From Gemmatimonadota bacterium (GTDB lineage Bacteria; Gemmatimonadota; Gemmatimonadetes; Longimicrobiales; Gaopeijiaceae): a stretch of 44,635 nucleotides of DNA. Position 1 is the stretch's first letter; every line of letters starts with the position of its first letter. The notes beneath the pieces are model-generated. The model was not told the DNA's origin, made no database searches, and was given only the letters and a program-made list of their open reading frames with translations. The position numbers and the translations under genes are program-made. The stretch covers positions 1 to 44,635 of the forward strand of contig JBDHHQ010000034.1 in assembly GCA_039589315.1 (NCBI GenBank). Direction: 5' to 3'. Below are positions 26,669-36,462 of this stretch, piece by piece.

Positions 26669-27859
26669 ATGAGCTTCTCGAAGCGATTCCTCGCAGCCGT
26701 CACCGGGCTGATCGTGGTGGGCCTCATGGTCGGGGGCATGTGGTATCGCCTTCGACCCGGGGCGGGTCGGGAGGGAGCCCAGGCCGCCGAGACGGCCGAC
26801 GCGGCCCTGCCGGACGTCTCCGCGACCCAGCAGTTCGCCACCGACGTCGCACAGCCCGTCTCGGGCGCCACGGTGCGGCAGGACACGCTCTGGATCACGG
26901 TCACGGCCGCCGGGCAGGCCGACGCGATCCAGGAGGCCGTGCTGACCGCCCGCGTGGAGGGGGTGGTGGAGCGGGTCCCGGTCGGAGAGAACGCACCGGT
27001 CGGCCCCGGGCGGGTGCTCTTGCAGATCGACTCCACCGAGTACGCCCTGGAGACGGCTCAGGCTCGGGCCGAACAGGTGGCGGCCGAGGCCGAGTTTCTG
27101 CGGACGACGCTGTTCAACGACGAGATCGAGGACCCTGAGGTACGAGCCCAGCGCGAGCGTCTGGCGCGCTCCTCCAGCGGCCTCGATCAGGCCGAGGTCG
27201 AGCTTCAGAAGGCCGCCCTCGATCTGGAGCGGACCACCGTGCAAGCCCCCTTCGCGGGCCGAGTGGCCGACATCCGGGTCGACCCCGGACAGTTCGTTTC
27301 GGTGGGGGACGAGCTCATGACCGTGGTGGACCTGGACCCCATCAAGGTCGAGGTCCAGGTATTGGAGGCCGAGGTGGCCTTCCTCGCCGAAGGCCGCCGC
27401 GCAGCGGTGTCGTTCGCCGCCTTTCCGGGCGAGTCGTTCTCGGCTCGCATCGTATCCATCAATCCGAAGGTGGACCCGGAGACCCGTACCGCCCGGGTGA
27501 CGCTGCACCTGGCCAACCCGGATCACCGCATCAAGCCCGGCATGTACGCCCGCGTGTCCCTCGATGCCCAATCGTTTCCCGACCGGATCCTGGTGCCCCG
27601 GTCCGCGCTGCTGGAGCGGGACCGGCGGCCCATGCTGTTCGTCTACGACGGTGACGAGGGTGCGGGTCGGGCGGAGTGGCGGTACGTGTGCCCCGGCCTC
27701 GAGAGCGACTCCATCGTGGAGGTGGTGTCCCCGTGCGAGGAGGGCGAGGTGGCGCCCGGAGAGATCGTCCTGGTGGACGGTCACCACTACCTCGTCCACG
27801 ACGCCATCGTGCGCCTCGTGGACGAACCGGCCCGAGAAGGAGGGAGGCCCGGACGATGA
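26669..27859 (+). CDS. RND efflux periplasmic adaptor (membrane fusion protein)
   Basis: N-terminal TM; 'ARVEGVVERVPV.E', 'TVQAPFAGRV', 'INPKVDPETRT', 'IKPGMYA', 'VPRSAL'; GAGGGAG RBS. Confidence 0.92.
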   Translation: MSFSKRFLAAVTGLIVVGLMVGGMWYRLRPGAGREGAQAAETADAALPDVSATQQFATDVAQPVSGATVRQDTLWITVTAAGQADAIQEAVLTARVEGVVERVPVGENAPVGPGRVLLQIDSTEYALETAQARAEQVAAEAEFLRTTLFNDEIEDPEVRAQRERLARSSSGLDQAEVELQKAALDLERTTVQAPFAGRVADIRVDPGQFVSVGDELMTVVDLDPIKVEVQVLEAEVAFLAEGRRAAVSFAAFPGESFSARIVSINPKVDPETRTARVTLHLANPDHRIKPGMYARVSLDAQSFPDRILVPRSALLERDRRPMLFVYDGDEGAGRAEWRYVCPGLESDSIVEVVSPCEEGEVAPGEIVLVDGHHYLVHDAIVRLVDEPAREGGRPGR

Positions 27860-29289
27860 GCTTCGTTGCGATCAGGAGATTGGCCGTCAGCGCGGGGATC
27901 GCGGCGGTGGGCGTCGCCGGTGGTCCAGGGCAGGGCCCCGCCCAGGAACCGCCGCCGGCCGAGGCGGCGACCGGGCCCAGGGCCACCCGGGAGCTCACGC
28001 TCGGCGAGGCGCTGGACATCGCCGCACTCGGCAACCCCGCCTACCGCCGTGAGCTGAATCAGTTGGAGCTGGGCGGACCGCAACGACAGCAGGTCATCGG
28101 CGACTTTCTTCCGAGCGTGGACCTCTCGTTGGGCACGGCCCAGGGGTTCGTCCGGCAGGCCGTGGGAACCGACGACTTCGGACGCCCGGTCCCCAATCCA
28201 GACGTCCGGACCACCTATCAATCGAGCTCCAACCAGGCGCTGAGCTTCAACTGGACGCTCTTCGACGGCCTGCGGCGCTTCCAGGCCCTGAAGGAGCAGG
28301 ACGCTCAGGTGCGCGCGTGGTCGGGGGCGGCCGAGGCCCGCCTCGCCACCCTCACTGCCGACGTGGAGCGCGCGTTCTTCGAAGCACAGCTCCGGCGCGA
28401 GCACGTGATCATGGAGGAGGACCTGCTGAGGGTACGGCAGAGAGTCCTGGAGGCGACCGAGCGGCTGTTCGCGCTCGCAGACAAGAGCCGGGCCGACGTC
28501 TTGGGAGCGAGGGTGGAGGTCCAGCTCCAGGAAAAGGCGCTCGAGGACGCCCGGAGCGAATACCGGAAGCAGCTCCTGGCCCTTCGACGCCACCTCGGGG
28601 ATCCGTCCATCGGCGAGTTCCAGTTGGCCGAGGCGCCCCTGACGGTCTTCGACCCGGCCTCGTTGGACGTCGAGGCGCTCGTGGGGCAGGCCGTGGAGGG
28701 TAACCCGGGCGTCCGACGGGACGAAGCCGACGTGGCCCTTCAGCGGGCGGTGGCGAGGGGCGAGCGTGGAACCCGCTGGCCCACTGTGACGCTCTCAGGC
28801 GACGTCGCCCGCACCGAATGGGGTCTCGACCAGTCCGCCCTCTTCGACCTGTCGCCCGGCACCCAGTCGGCCGGCGGGCTCCGGCTGGCCCTCAGCTGGG
28901 ACCTGTTCGACAACTTCAACCGTCAGTACAACGTGGCCGCTGCGGACATCGCCCACCGGAACGCCCAGGAGACGCTGCGGGACAGCCGCCTCCAGGTGGA
29001 GCAGGACGTGCGTACGGGCTTCATCGCGCTGGAGACGGCCTTCATCAACCTCGAGACGCTGGAGAGCGCCCAGGAACTGGCGCAGGAACGCCTGAGGCTC
29101 GCGGGCGAAGAGTATCTCCTGGCCGGGCGGACCTTCGAGGAGCTACAGGACGCCGTTTCGTCGGCCGCCGAAGCGTCGCGGGACGTCGTGCAGGCCCGCT
29201 TCGACTTCGTGAGCTCGCGCATCGACCTGGAGCAGGGCATCGGAGCCCGGATCGTGACGGACGCTGCGCAACCCAACGGCGGCCGGTAG
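27856..29289 (+). CDS. TolC-family outer-membrane efflux protein
   Basis: ATGA overlap with the adaptor gene; 'LTLGEALDIA..NP', 'LPSVDL', 'WTLFDG', 'PTVTLSG', 'LSWDLFD'. Confidence 0.88.
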   Translation: MSFVAIRRLAVSAGIAAVGVAGGPGQGPAQEPPPAEAATGPRATRELTLGEALDIAALGNPAYRRELNQLELGGPQRQQVIGDFLPSVDLSLGTAQGFVRQAVGTDDFGRPVPNPDVRTTYQSSSNQALSFNWTLFDGLRRFQALKEQDAQVRAWSGAAEARLATLTADVERAFFEAQLRREHVIMEEDLLRVRQRVLEATERLFALADKSRADVLGARVEVQLQEKALEDARSEYRKQLLALRRHLGDPSIGEFQLAEAPLTVFDPASLDVEALVGQAVEGNPGVRRDEADVALQRAVARGERGTRWPTVTLSGDVARTEWGLDQSALFDLSPGTQSAGGLRLALSWDLFDNFNRQYNVAAADIAHRNAQETLRDSRLQVEQDVRTGFIALETAFINLETLESAQELAQERLRLAGEEYLLAGRTFEELQDAVSSAAEASRDVVQARFDFVSSRIDLEQGIGARIVTDAAQPNGGR

Positions 29290-29340
29290 TGCGTCCCGAC
29301 CTGCGGCCGGGCCGGCGTGCTCGGGAATCGGGGCGCTGAC

Positions 29341-32300
29341 ATGTCCCTCTCGCGCACGTCCACCCGCCGCCCCGTGGCGGTGGCCATGCTTTTTCTGGCC
29401 GTCGTGCTCCTCGGCGGGATCTCCTATGCGCGCCTGCCCGTCGACCTGCTCCCCGACGTGAGCTTTCCCCGGCTGGTGATCTACACGGCCTATGCCGACG
29501 TGGCGCCGGCCGAGGTGGAGCGGCTCGTGGGGGAACCCATCGAGGCGGCCGCCGCGGCCGTGCCGGGCGTGGAACGGATCACGTCGGTGGCCCGGCACGG
29601 CGTGAGCCTGGTGACCCTGCGCTTCGCGTGGGGCACCGACATGGACTTCGCGATGCTCAACACCCGAGAGCGGCTGGACAACATCCGGGAGAGCTTGCCC
29701 GAGAGCGCCGAGCGGCCGCGCATCCTGCGGGTCGATCCCGACTCCGAGCCCATCATGCTGGTCAGCGTGACCGGTGGCGCCGATCTCTGGCAGACCAAGG
29801 ACCTGGCCGAAACCGTGTTCCGCCGGCGTCTGGAACAGTTGGACGGCATCGCCGAGGCCGCCGTCACCGGTGGCCTGGACCGTGAGATCCACGTCGAGAT
29901 CGACCCGGAGCTCCTGGAGGCGTACGCGCTGGAGCTGGACGAGGTCATCGCCGCCCTCGAAGGGGCCAACTACTCGGCGCCGGGGGGAACCATCCTCCGC
30001 GGCCGATACCGTTATCCGCTTCGGACCCTCGGGGAGTTCGAAACGGTCGGGGAGATCGGCCAGGTCGTGGTGGGGATGCAGCGGGTCACGGCCGACGAGG
30101 GAGAGTCCGGCGAAGACGGCTACCGGCTGATTCGGCTTCAGGACGTGGCCCGGATCGACGACGGCTACCGGGAGCGGGAGACGCTGGCGCGGTACGACGG
30201 TGCCGAGAGCGTCGGCCTCCTGATCTTCAAGGAGTCCGGGGCGAACACGGTGTCCGTGGCGGAGGACGCAGAAGGGGTTTTGGGCCTCCTGGCCGCCGAG
30301 TACCCGGAGATCCGTACGGAGGTGGCTTACAGCCAGGCGGGCTTCATCGCCGACTCCATCGGCAACGTGGTCCAGGCGTTGGTGCTCGGTGGGATCCTGG
30401 CCTTCCTGGTGCTGTTCCTGTTCCTCCGGGACCCCCGGTACCCCGTGGCGGTGGCTCTGGCCATTCCGATCTCCGTCGTGGGCACGTTCGCCCTGATGGA
30501 CGCGTTCGGGGTCTCGCTCAACATCATGAGCCTGGGCGGTCTGGCCCTTGGCGTCGGGATGCTGGTCGACAACTCCATCGTGGTACTGGAGAACGTGTTC
30601 CGGCACCGGGAAGCGGGCGAGGGTGCCTTGGAAGCCGCGGCCCGGGGGGCCGAAGAGGTGCAGGGCGCCATCACCGCGTCCACTTTGACCACCATCAGCG
30701 TCTTCGGTCCCATCGTGTATGTGAAGGGAGTGGCGGGCGAGCTCTTCGAGGATCTCTCTCTGGCGGTGACCTTCTCGCTCCTGGCCAGCCTGTTGGTAGC
30801 GCTGACGCTGCTGCCGACGCTGGCGGCCCGCTTCGCAGGGGCGAGGCCGGCGCAACGGCAAGTCAGGCCCGCGCCGTGGGAGGCTGACCGGGAAAGCGAC
30901 CGGGAGTCCCGGTGGAGAAAGCTGAGGCGCTCGCTCCGTCGAGCGGCTCTCGCCCCGGTTTGGCTCGTGCGGGCTCTCCTCGATCTGGGCGGAGCGCTCG
31001 TGCGCTTCTGGCTCGGCGGCATCGGTGCGGGGCTCTCCCGCGTGTTCGGGCCCTTCCTCCGCTGGTTCGAGCGCAGCTTCCAGCGCTTCGCTACCCGCTA
31101 CCACGCGACTCTGTCCTGGGCCTTGGACAACAAGGGCTTCGTGCTCGCGTCGTCGGTCGTGGCGTTGACCCTGAGCCTCGTGCTGGCGCTCACGATGGAG
31201 CGCGACCTGCTACCGGACGTGGACCAGGGCTCGTTCACGGCCCGGCTCCAGCTGCCGGAGGGGACGGGCTTGGCTGCCACCGCCCGCACCACCCGGGAGA
31301 TCGAGGCCGTGTTGCTCGAGGATCCGGGCGTCGAGGCCGTGTTCAGCACCGTTGGGCGGGACGTGCGGGCCTACGCTGAGGGCGAGGAGGCGTCGGGCCT
31401 GCACACCGCCGTGCTGCAGGTGCGGCTGCGGCGGGGTGCCACGACCACTGCCGTGCTCGGCCGGCTCCGGCCCGTAACGGACCGGTATCCTGCGGGGGTG
31501 CTGGCGCTTGAAACGGGCCAGGCCACTGCCCTGGGGCAGATGCTCGGCGGGTCGGAAGCCGACGTGGCGGTGCGGATCCGGGGCGAAGACCTGACCGCCG
31601 CGTTCGACTACGCCGAGACGGTGCGCGATCGGCTCGACGGTGTGGACGTCCTCGGCAACGTCCGCCTGGGTAGCGAGCGGGGCCAGCCCGAAGTGCAAGT
31701 AGAGATCCGACGGGACGTGGCGGCTCGCTACGAGATCGAACCCAGGGAGGTGGCCGAGACCCTGCAGCGGGCGATGCAGGGGTACGCCGCCACGCAGTTC
31801 GTGGATTTCGACCGGAAGATCGACATCGTGGTCCGCTTGCCAGAGGAGCGGCGCCACGCGGTGGAGACGCTGAGGGACCTGCGGATTCGCGGCGTGCCCA
31901 TGAGGGAGCTCGTCGACGTCCGTGAGGCCACGGGCCCCGCGGAGATCCGGCGCGAGGATCAGGGCCGGGTGGTGACGGTCTACGCCGACGTCACCAGCGG
32001 TGGCCTGAACGGCGCGGTCTCCACCATCGACGCGGCCCTGCGTGAGCTACCCCCGCCCGCCGCGAACCTCCGGATCGAAGTGGGGGGCGAGAACGAGGAG
32101 ATGCGCAGGTCGTTCCGGAATCTCGCCTTTGCTTTCGGGCTCGCGCTGATCCTCGTGTACATGATCCTGGCGGCCCAGTTCGAGTCGTTCGTCCACCCGT
32201 TCACGATTCTGATCTCGGTGCCCCTGGCGCTGGTGGGCGCCCTGCTGGCGCTAGCTCTGGCCGGTCAAGGGCTGAACACCATGAGCCTGATCGGAGTCGT

Positions 32301-32682
32301 CATCCTCGTCGGCATCGTGGTCAACGACGCCATCGTGAAGGTGGACTTCATCAACCGGTCGCGGTCAGCCGGCCGCGGCCTGCGCGACGCGATCCTCGAG
32401 GCGGGCCGGGTCCGGTTGCGGCCCATCGTCATGACGACCGCGACCACGATCCTGGGCCTCACGCCCATGGCGCTGGGTATCGGCCGGGGAGCGGACCTGC
32501 GGGCCCCCCTGGCCATCGCCGTGATCGGCGGCCTCGCCGTCGCCACCCTCCTGACCCTGGTGGTGGTACCGGTCGTCTACGCGAGCCTGGAGGGCCTGCG
32601 CGGGGTCGAGGTGCCGGTTCCCCTGGCGGACGGGTTGCAGCCCGCGGGAGTCGGCCGGAGCGGCGGGCCCGGGGGCGACTGA
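29341..32682 (+). CDS. RND efflux transporter permease subunit 1 (AcrB/AcrD/AcrF family)
   Basis: 'RRPVAVAM', 'LPVDLLPDV', 'GMLVDNSIVVLEN', 'QFESF.HP', 'GIVVNDAIV', 'RLRPIVMT'. Confidence 0.93.
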   Translation: MSLSRTSTRRPVAVAMLFLAVVLLGGISYARLPVDLLPDVSFPRLVIYTAYADVAPAEVERLVGEPIEAAAAAVPGVERITSVARHGVSLVTLRFAWGTDMDFAMLNTRERLDNIRESLPESAERPRILRVDPDSEPIMLVSVTGGADLWQTKDLAETVFRRRLEQLDGIAEAAVTGGLDREIHVEIDPELLEAYALELDEVIAALEGANYSAPGGTILRGRYRYPLRTLGEFETVGEIGQVVVGMQRVTADEGESGEDGYRLIRLQDVARIDDGYRERETLARYDGAESVGLLIFKESGANTVSVAEDAEGVLGLLAAEYPEIRTEVAYSQAGFIADSIGNVVQALVLGGILAFLVLFLFLRDPRYPVAVALAIPISVVGTFALMDAFGVSLNIMSLGGLALGVGMLVDNSIVVLENVFRHREAGEGALEAAARGAEEVQGAITASTLTTISVFGPIVYVKGVAGELFEDLSLAVTFSLLASLLVALTLLPTLAARFAGARPAQRQVRPAPWEADRESDRESRWRKLRRSLRRAALAPVWLVRALLDLGGALVRFWLGGIGAGLSRVFGPFLRWFERSFQRFATRYHATLSWALDNKGFVLASSVVALTLSLVLALTMERDLLPDVDQGSFTARLQLPEGTGLAATARTTREIEAVLLEDPGVEAVFSTVGRDVRAYAEGEEASGLHTAVLQVRLRRGATTTAVLGRLRPVTDRYPAGVLALETGQATALGQMLGGSEADVAVRIRGEDLTAAFDYAETVRDRLDGVDVLGNVRLGSERGQPEVQVEIRRDVAARYEIEPREVAETLQRAMQGYAATQFVDFDRKIDIVVRLPEERRHAVETLRDLRIRGVPMRELVDVREATGPAEIRREDQGRVVTVYADVTSGGLNGAVSTIDAALRELPPPAANLRIEVGGENEEMRRSFRNLAFAFGLALILVYMILAAQFESFVHPFTILISVPLALVGALLALALAGQGLNTMSLIGVVILVGIVVNDAIVKVDFINRSRSAGRGLRDAILEAGRVRLRPIVMTTATTILGLTPMALGIGRGADLRAPLAIAVIGGLAVATLLTLVVVPVVYASLEGLRGVEVPVPLADGLQPAGVGRSGGPGGD

Positions 32683-32684
32683 CC

Positions 32685-35600
32685 ATGATTCGCTTCAGCA
32701 TCAGGCGGCCCGTCACGGTGGCCATGGTATATCTGGCCTTCGCGCTTCTCGGTGTGGCGTCGTGGAAGAACATCCCGGTCGAGCTGTACCCGGACACCGA
32801 GCTGCCCCGCCTCACCGTGACGGGCGATTGGCCCGGGGCCTCGCCGGAGACCGTCGAGGCCTTCCTCACATCGCCACTCGAATCGGAGATCCAGAAGATC
32901 GAGGGCGTCGAGAAGGTGACGTCCGAATCGTACCACGAGCTGGGGAGGGGCCGGTCCCGCATCGAGGTGGAGTTCGCCCGCAGCGCGGATATGGACTTCG
33001 TGCGGCTGGATCTTTCCGAGCGCATGGCCGCCCTGGAAGACCAGCTTCCGGCGGGTGCGGGCCGGGTCCGCGTCGAGCCCTACGTACCGCGGGAGTTCCA
33101 GGAGCAGGAACGCCCCTTCATGCGCTACACCTTCACGGGTCCGCACACGGACGAGGCGCTGCGGAGGCATCTGGACGACGAGGTCGAGCCCGAGCTCAGC
33201 CGGGTGACGGGCGTGGCCGTGATGGAGAGCTACGGCGGCCGGGACCGGCTCGTGGAGATCGAGCTCGACGAGGATCGTATCAACGCGCTGGGCCTGAGCG
33301 CGGTGGAGGTGGGCGACCTGGTGGGGGGGCTGGACCTGGTGCGCGAGGCCGGGGCGGTGCGATCTGGCGACCTCGAGTGGGCAGTCACGATCCAGAATCG
33401 CCCGACCTCGGTTCAGGAGATCCGGGACGCGGTGCTCACCGTGAGCGGAGGCCGGCTGATCCGTATCGCCGACGTGGCCGAGGTGCGGGACACGTTCGAG
33501 GAGCCCACGCGCTACTATCGCATCAACGGGCGTCCCGCGGTCCAGTTCACCCTCGCCAAGCAGATCGGGTCCAACACCGTACGGGTGGCAGACCGGATTC
33601 GCGAGGCCGTGGCCCTCGTCGAGCGTCGAACCTTGCCGGGAGCGCGGTTCATCCTCGACGAGGATCAGAGCGAGCAGATCGAGCGTCAGCTCAGCGACCT
33701 CCGGTACCGCGCCCTGGTGGCGGCCGTCGTCATCTTCGGTGTGCTTCTCCTGTTCCTGGGCTCGTTCCGCTCCGCGGGCGTCGTCTTCGCCACCATCGCG
33801 TTCTCGGTGCTGATCGCGTTGAACCTGGTCTACTTCGGCGGCTTGACCCTCAACCTGCTGACCCTGATGGGCCTGGCCATGGGGTTCGGGCTCATCGTGG
33901 ACAACTCCATCGTCGTGCTCGAGAACGTGTATCGACGGTGGCAGGGAGGGGAGGAGGGCGCAGCGGCGGCCGAGGCCGGCTCACGGCAGGTCGTGCTGCC
34001 CATCCTGGCGTCGACGGCGACCACCCTGATCGTGTTCGTGCCGTTCGTCTACCTGCAAGGCGACCTACGGATCTTCTACGTGCCCCTGGCCGTGGTGGTG
34101 GGACTCACCCTCGTGGCGTCGCTGTTCGTGGCCTTCAGCTTCATTCCGGCGGCGGCCGCCCGCCTGCTGGGTCCGGACGTTGGCGCATCGTCGCGCAGAG
34201 GTCACCGGACGACGCCGGCGCGCTCCCCGTTCTACGTGCGTTTCTACTCGGCGGTGGTCGGGTGGACGCTGGCGCACCCCTGGGCCACGGTGGTCGTGGG
34301 CGTGTTGACCTTCGGAGGGTCCTGGTATCTGTTCGACGGCAACGTCACGCGGGGTGTCGTGTGGGGCGGCGTCTGGGGCCAGGACACGTACATCTCGATC
34401 CAGATTCGGCTGCCCCGGGGCTCCGACCTCGAGCGCAGCGACGAGCTGACCCGCTATTTCGAGGAACGCGTGGCGGGCATGCCGGAAGTCGAGCGGTTCC
34501 TGGCCAGCGTGCAGGAGAGCTTCGCCCTGATGCGGGTGACCTTCCCCGAGGAGCTCGAGAACACCGACGTCCCTGTGGCGATCAAGGAGCAGCTCCTGGC
34601 TTACTCGCTGGGCTTCTCGGGTGCCGAGGTGCGCGTCTTCGGCTATGGGCCCTCGTTCTACGGCGGAGGCAGCACGCCGCCCAACTACGCGGTGACCGTG
34701 CTCGGATACAACTACGAGCGGGTGCGGGAGATCGCCGAGGACATCGGGAGCCGCCTGCGCCGGCTGAGCCGAGTCTCGGATGTGGACACCAACGCATCGG
34801 GCATGTGGTTCCAGGACGATCGGGCGACCGAGTTCGTGGTGACGCTGCACCGGTCGGCGCTGGCCCGGTACGATTTGACCGTCGAGGATTTCGTTCGCCG
34901 CATGAACGCCGCGGTGCGGGGCCAGACCCAAGACGCCACGCTCAAGATCCGGGGCGAGGAGGTCCGGTTCGAAGTCAAGCTGGAGGACGCCCGGCAGATG
35001 GACGTTCTGGAGCTCCAGGAGACGCTGATCACCGGACCGGACGGAACCGTGATCCGGGTGGGAGACGTGGTGACCGTGGAGCCCGCGGAGCTGCTGGCAC
35101 GCATCCGCCGCGAGGACCAGCAGTACGAGCGACGCGTCACCTACGAGTTCAGAGGTCCCCGAAGGCTCGGCGACGCGTTCTACGACGCGGTGGTGGGCGC
35201 GACCGAGCTCCCTCCGGGCTACGCCATTCGCGAGTCCGACGAGAATCGCCTGAGCGACGCAGACCGCCGGCAGATCTTCCTGCTTCTTGCCGTATCCTTC
35301 GCCCTGATCTACATGGTCACGTCTGCGCTCTTCGAGTCCCTTCGGCAGCCACTCTGCGTTCTCCTGACGGTCCCCATGGCCCTGATCGGCGTCTTCCTCA
35401 TGTTCTTCTACACGAACGCGAGCTTCACCCGGGAGGCGTACGTGGGCGTGATCATGATGGGAGGGATCGTGGTCAACAACGCCATCCTGCTCGTGGACCA
35501 CGTCAACCAGGTGCGGCGTGAGACGCGCCTGGAGCTGGGGGCCGCGATCCTCCGGGGTACGTTGGAGCGCGTGCGCCCCATACTCATGACCACGACCACC

Positions 35601-35825
35601 ACGGTGCTCGGCCTCCTGCCGCTGGTCTTGTTCAGCGCCTCGGCCGACGCGAACATCTGGAACGCGCTGGCCTTCGCCCTCATCGGTGGGCTTCTGTCGT
35701 CCACCGTCTTCGTGCTCACGACCACGCCCGCGCTCTATCTGCTCTTCGAGCGGAGAGCCGCGGAGGCGACCGAGCGGAGCCCTGCACGCGGGCCGCTACT
35801 CCCCAGGGTGAGGCAGCCTGTCTGA
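32685..35825 (+). CDS. RND efflux transporter permease subunit 2 (AcrB/AcrD/AcrF family)
   Basis: 'SIRRPVTV', 'GLIVDNSIVVLEN', 'LFESL.QP', 'GIVVNNAILLVD', 'RVRPILMT'; 2 bp after permease 1. Confidence 0.93.
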   Translation: MIRFSIRRPVTVAMVYLAFALLGVASWKNIPVELYPDTELPRLTVTGDWPGASPETVEAFLTSPLESEIQKIEGVEKVTSESYHELGRGRSRIEVEFARSADMDFVRLDLSERMAALEDQLPAGAGRVRVEPYVPREFQEQERPFMRYTFTGPHTDEALRRHLDDEVEPELSRVTGVAVMESYGGRDRLVEIELDEDRINALGLSAVEVGDLVGGLDLVREAGAVRSGDLEWAVTIQNRPTSVQEIRDAVLTVSGGRLIRIADVAEVRDTFEEPTRYYRINGRPAVQFTLAKQIGSNTVRVADRIREAVALVERRTLPGARFILDEDQSEQIERQLSDLRYRALVAAVVIFGVLLLFLGSFRSAGVVFATIAFSVLIALNLVYFGGLTLNLLTLMGLAMGFGLIVDNSIVVLENVYRRWQGGEEGAAAAEAGSRQVVLPILASTATTLIVFVPFVYLQGDLRIFYVPLAVVVGLTLVASLFVAFSFIPAAAARLLGPDVGASSRRGHRTTPARSPFYVRFYSAVVGWTLAHPWATVVVGVLTFGGSWYLFDGNVTRGVVWGGVWGQDTYISIQIRLPRGSDLERSDELTRYFEERVAGMPEVERFLASVQESFALMRVTFPEELENTDVPVAIKEQLLAYSLGFSGAEVRVFGYGPSFYGGGSTPPNYAVTVLGYNYERVREIAEDIGSRLRRLSRVSDVDTNASGMWFQDDRATEFVVTLHRSALARYDLTVEDFVRRMNAAVRGQTQDATLKIRGEEVRFEVKLEDARQMDVLELQETLITGPDGTVIRVGDVVTVEPAELLARIRREDQQYERRVTYEFRGPRRLGDAFYDAVVGATELPPGYAIRESDENRLSDADRRQIFLLLAVSFALIYMVTSALFESLRQPLCVLLTVPMALIGVFLMFFYTNASFTREAYVGVIMMGGIVVNNAILLVDHVNQVRRETRLELGAAILRGTLERVRPILMTTTTTVLGLLPLVLFSASADANIWNALAFALIGGLLSSTVFVLTTTPALYLLFERRAAEATERSPARGPLLPRVRQPV

Positions 35826-35893
35826 CCTGGGGGCAAGCGGCGCAGCCCCCCGAGTCGAGGACCGGATGCCCAACCCGAACCGAGGACCGGCGA

Positions 35894-36271
35894 ATGAACT
35901 GCACACCCATGCTCGTCGTACGTGACGTAGAGGCCAGCTCCCTGTGGTATCGCCAGGTCCTGGGCGCCACCAGCGGCCACGGCGGCGACGAGTTCGAGAT
36001 GCTCATGGCAGAAGATCGCCTTCTGTTGATGCTGCATAATCTGGACTTCGCCGAGCACCCCGCCGTCGAGGACCCGCGCGGGGGCGATCCGGGGCGGGGT
36101 GTCCTCCTCTACGTGAGCGTGGACGACGTCGAGGCGGTCTTCCAGCGGGCCAGGGAGCTGGGTGCTGAGCTCGTCGACGAGCCACATCTGAACCCGAAGG
36201 CCAGGGCGGTGGAGTTCAGCGTCCGCGATCCTGACGGCTACGGGATCACGGTCTCCCAGTGGCGGGGCTAG
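35894..36271 (+). CDS. VOC family (glyoxalase/bleomycin resistance) protein
   Basis: 'PMLVVRDVEAS..WY..VLG', 'LYVSVDDVEAV..RA..LGA', 'FSVRDPDGY'. Confidence 0.9.
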   Translation: MNCTPMLVVRDVEASSLWYRQVLGATSGHGGDEFEMLMAEDRLLLMLHNLDFAEHPAVEDPRGGDPGRGVLLYVSVDDVEAVFQRARELGAELVDEPHLNPKARAVEFSVRDPDGYGITVSQWRG

Positions 36272-36462
36272 CAGGGACGCGCTGGAGGCCCGCCGGGATC
36301 GTCGACGAGGCGTGAAGCCGCTGCAGGACGCGCCGCGCTCGACGACACTGCGGCCAGCCTGACCCGAGGAGCAGCCGCACGACCCAAGCTCCGTTGACCG
36401 GGAACGGTCGGTGCGTTTCCTTACGGCCCTTGATCACCGCAGGAAGGAACCGGAACGGAAGC

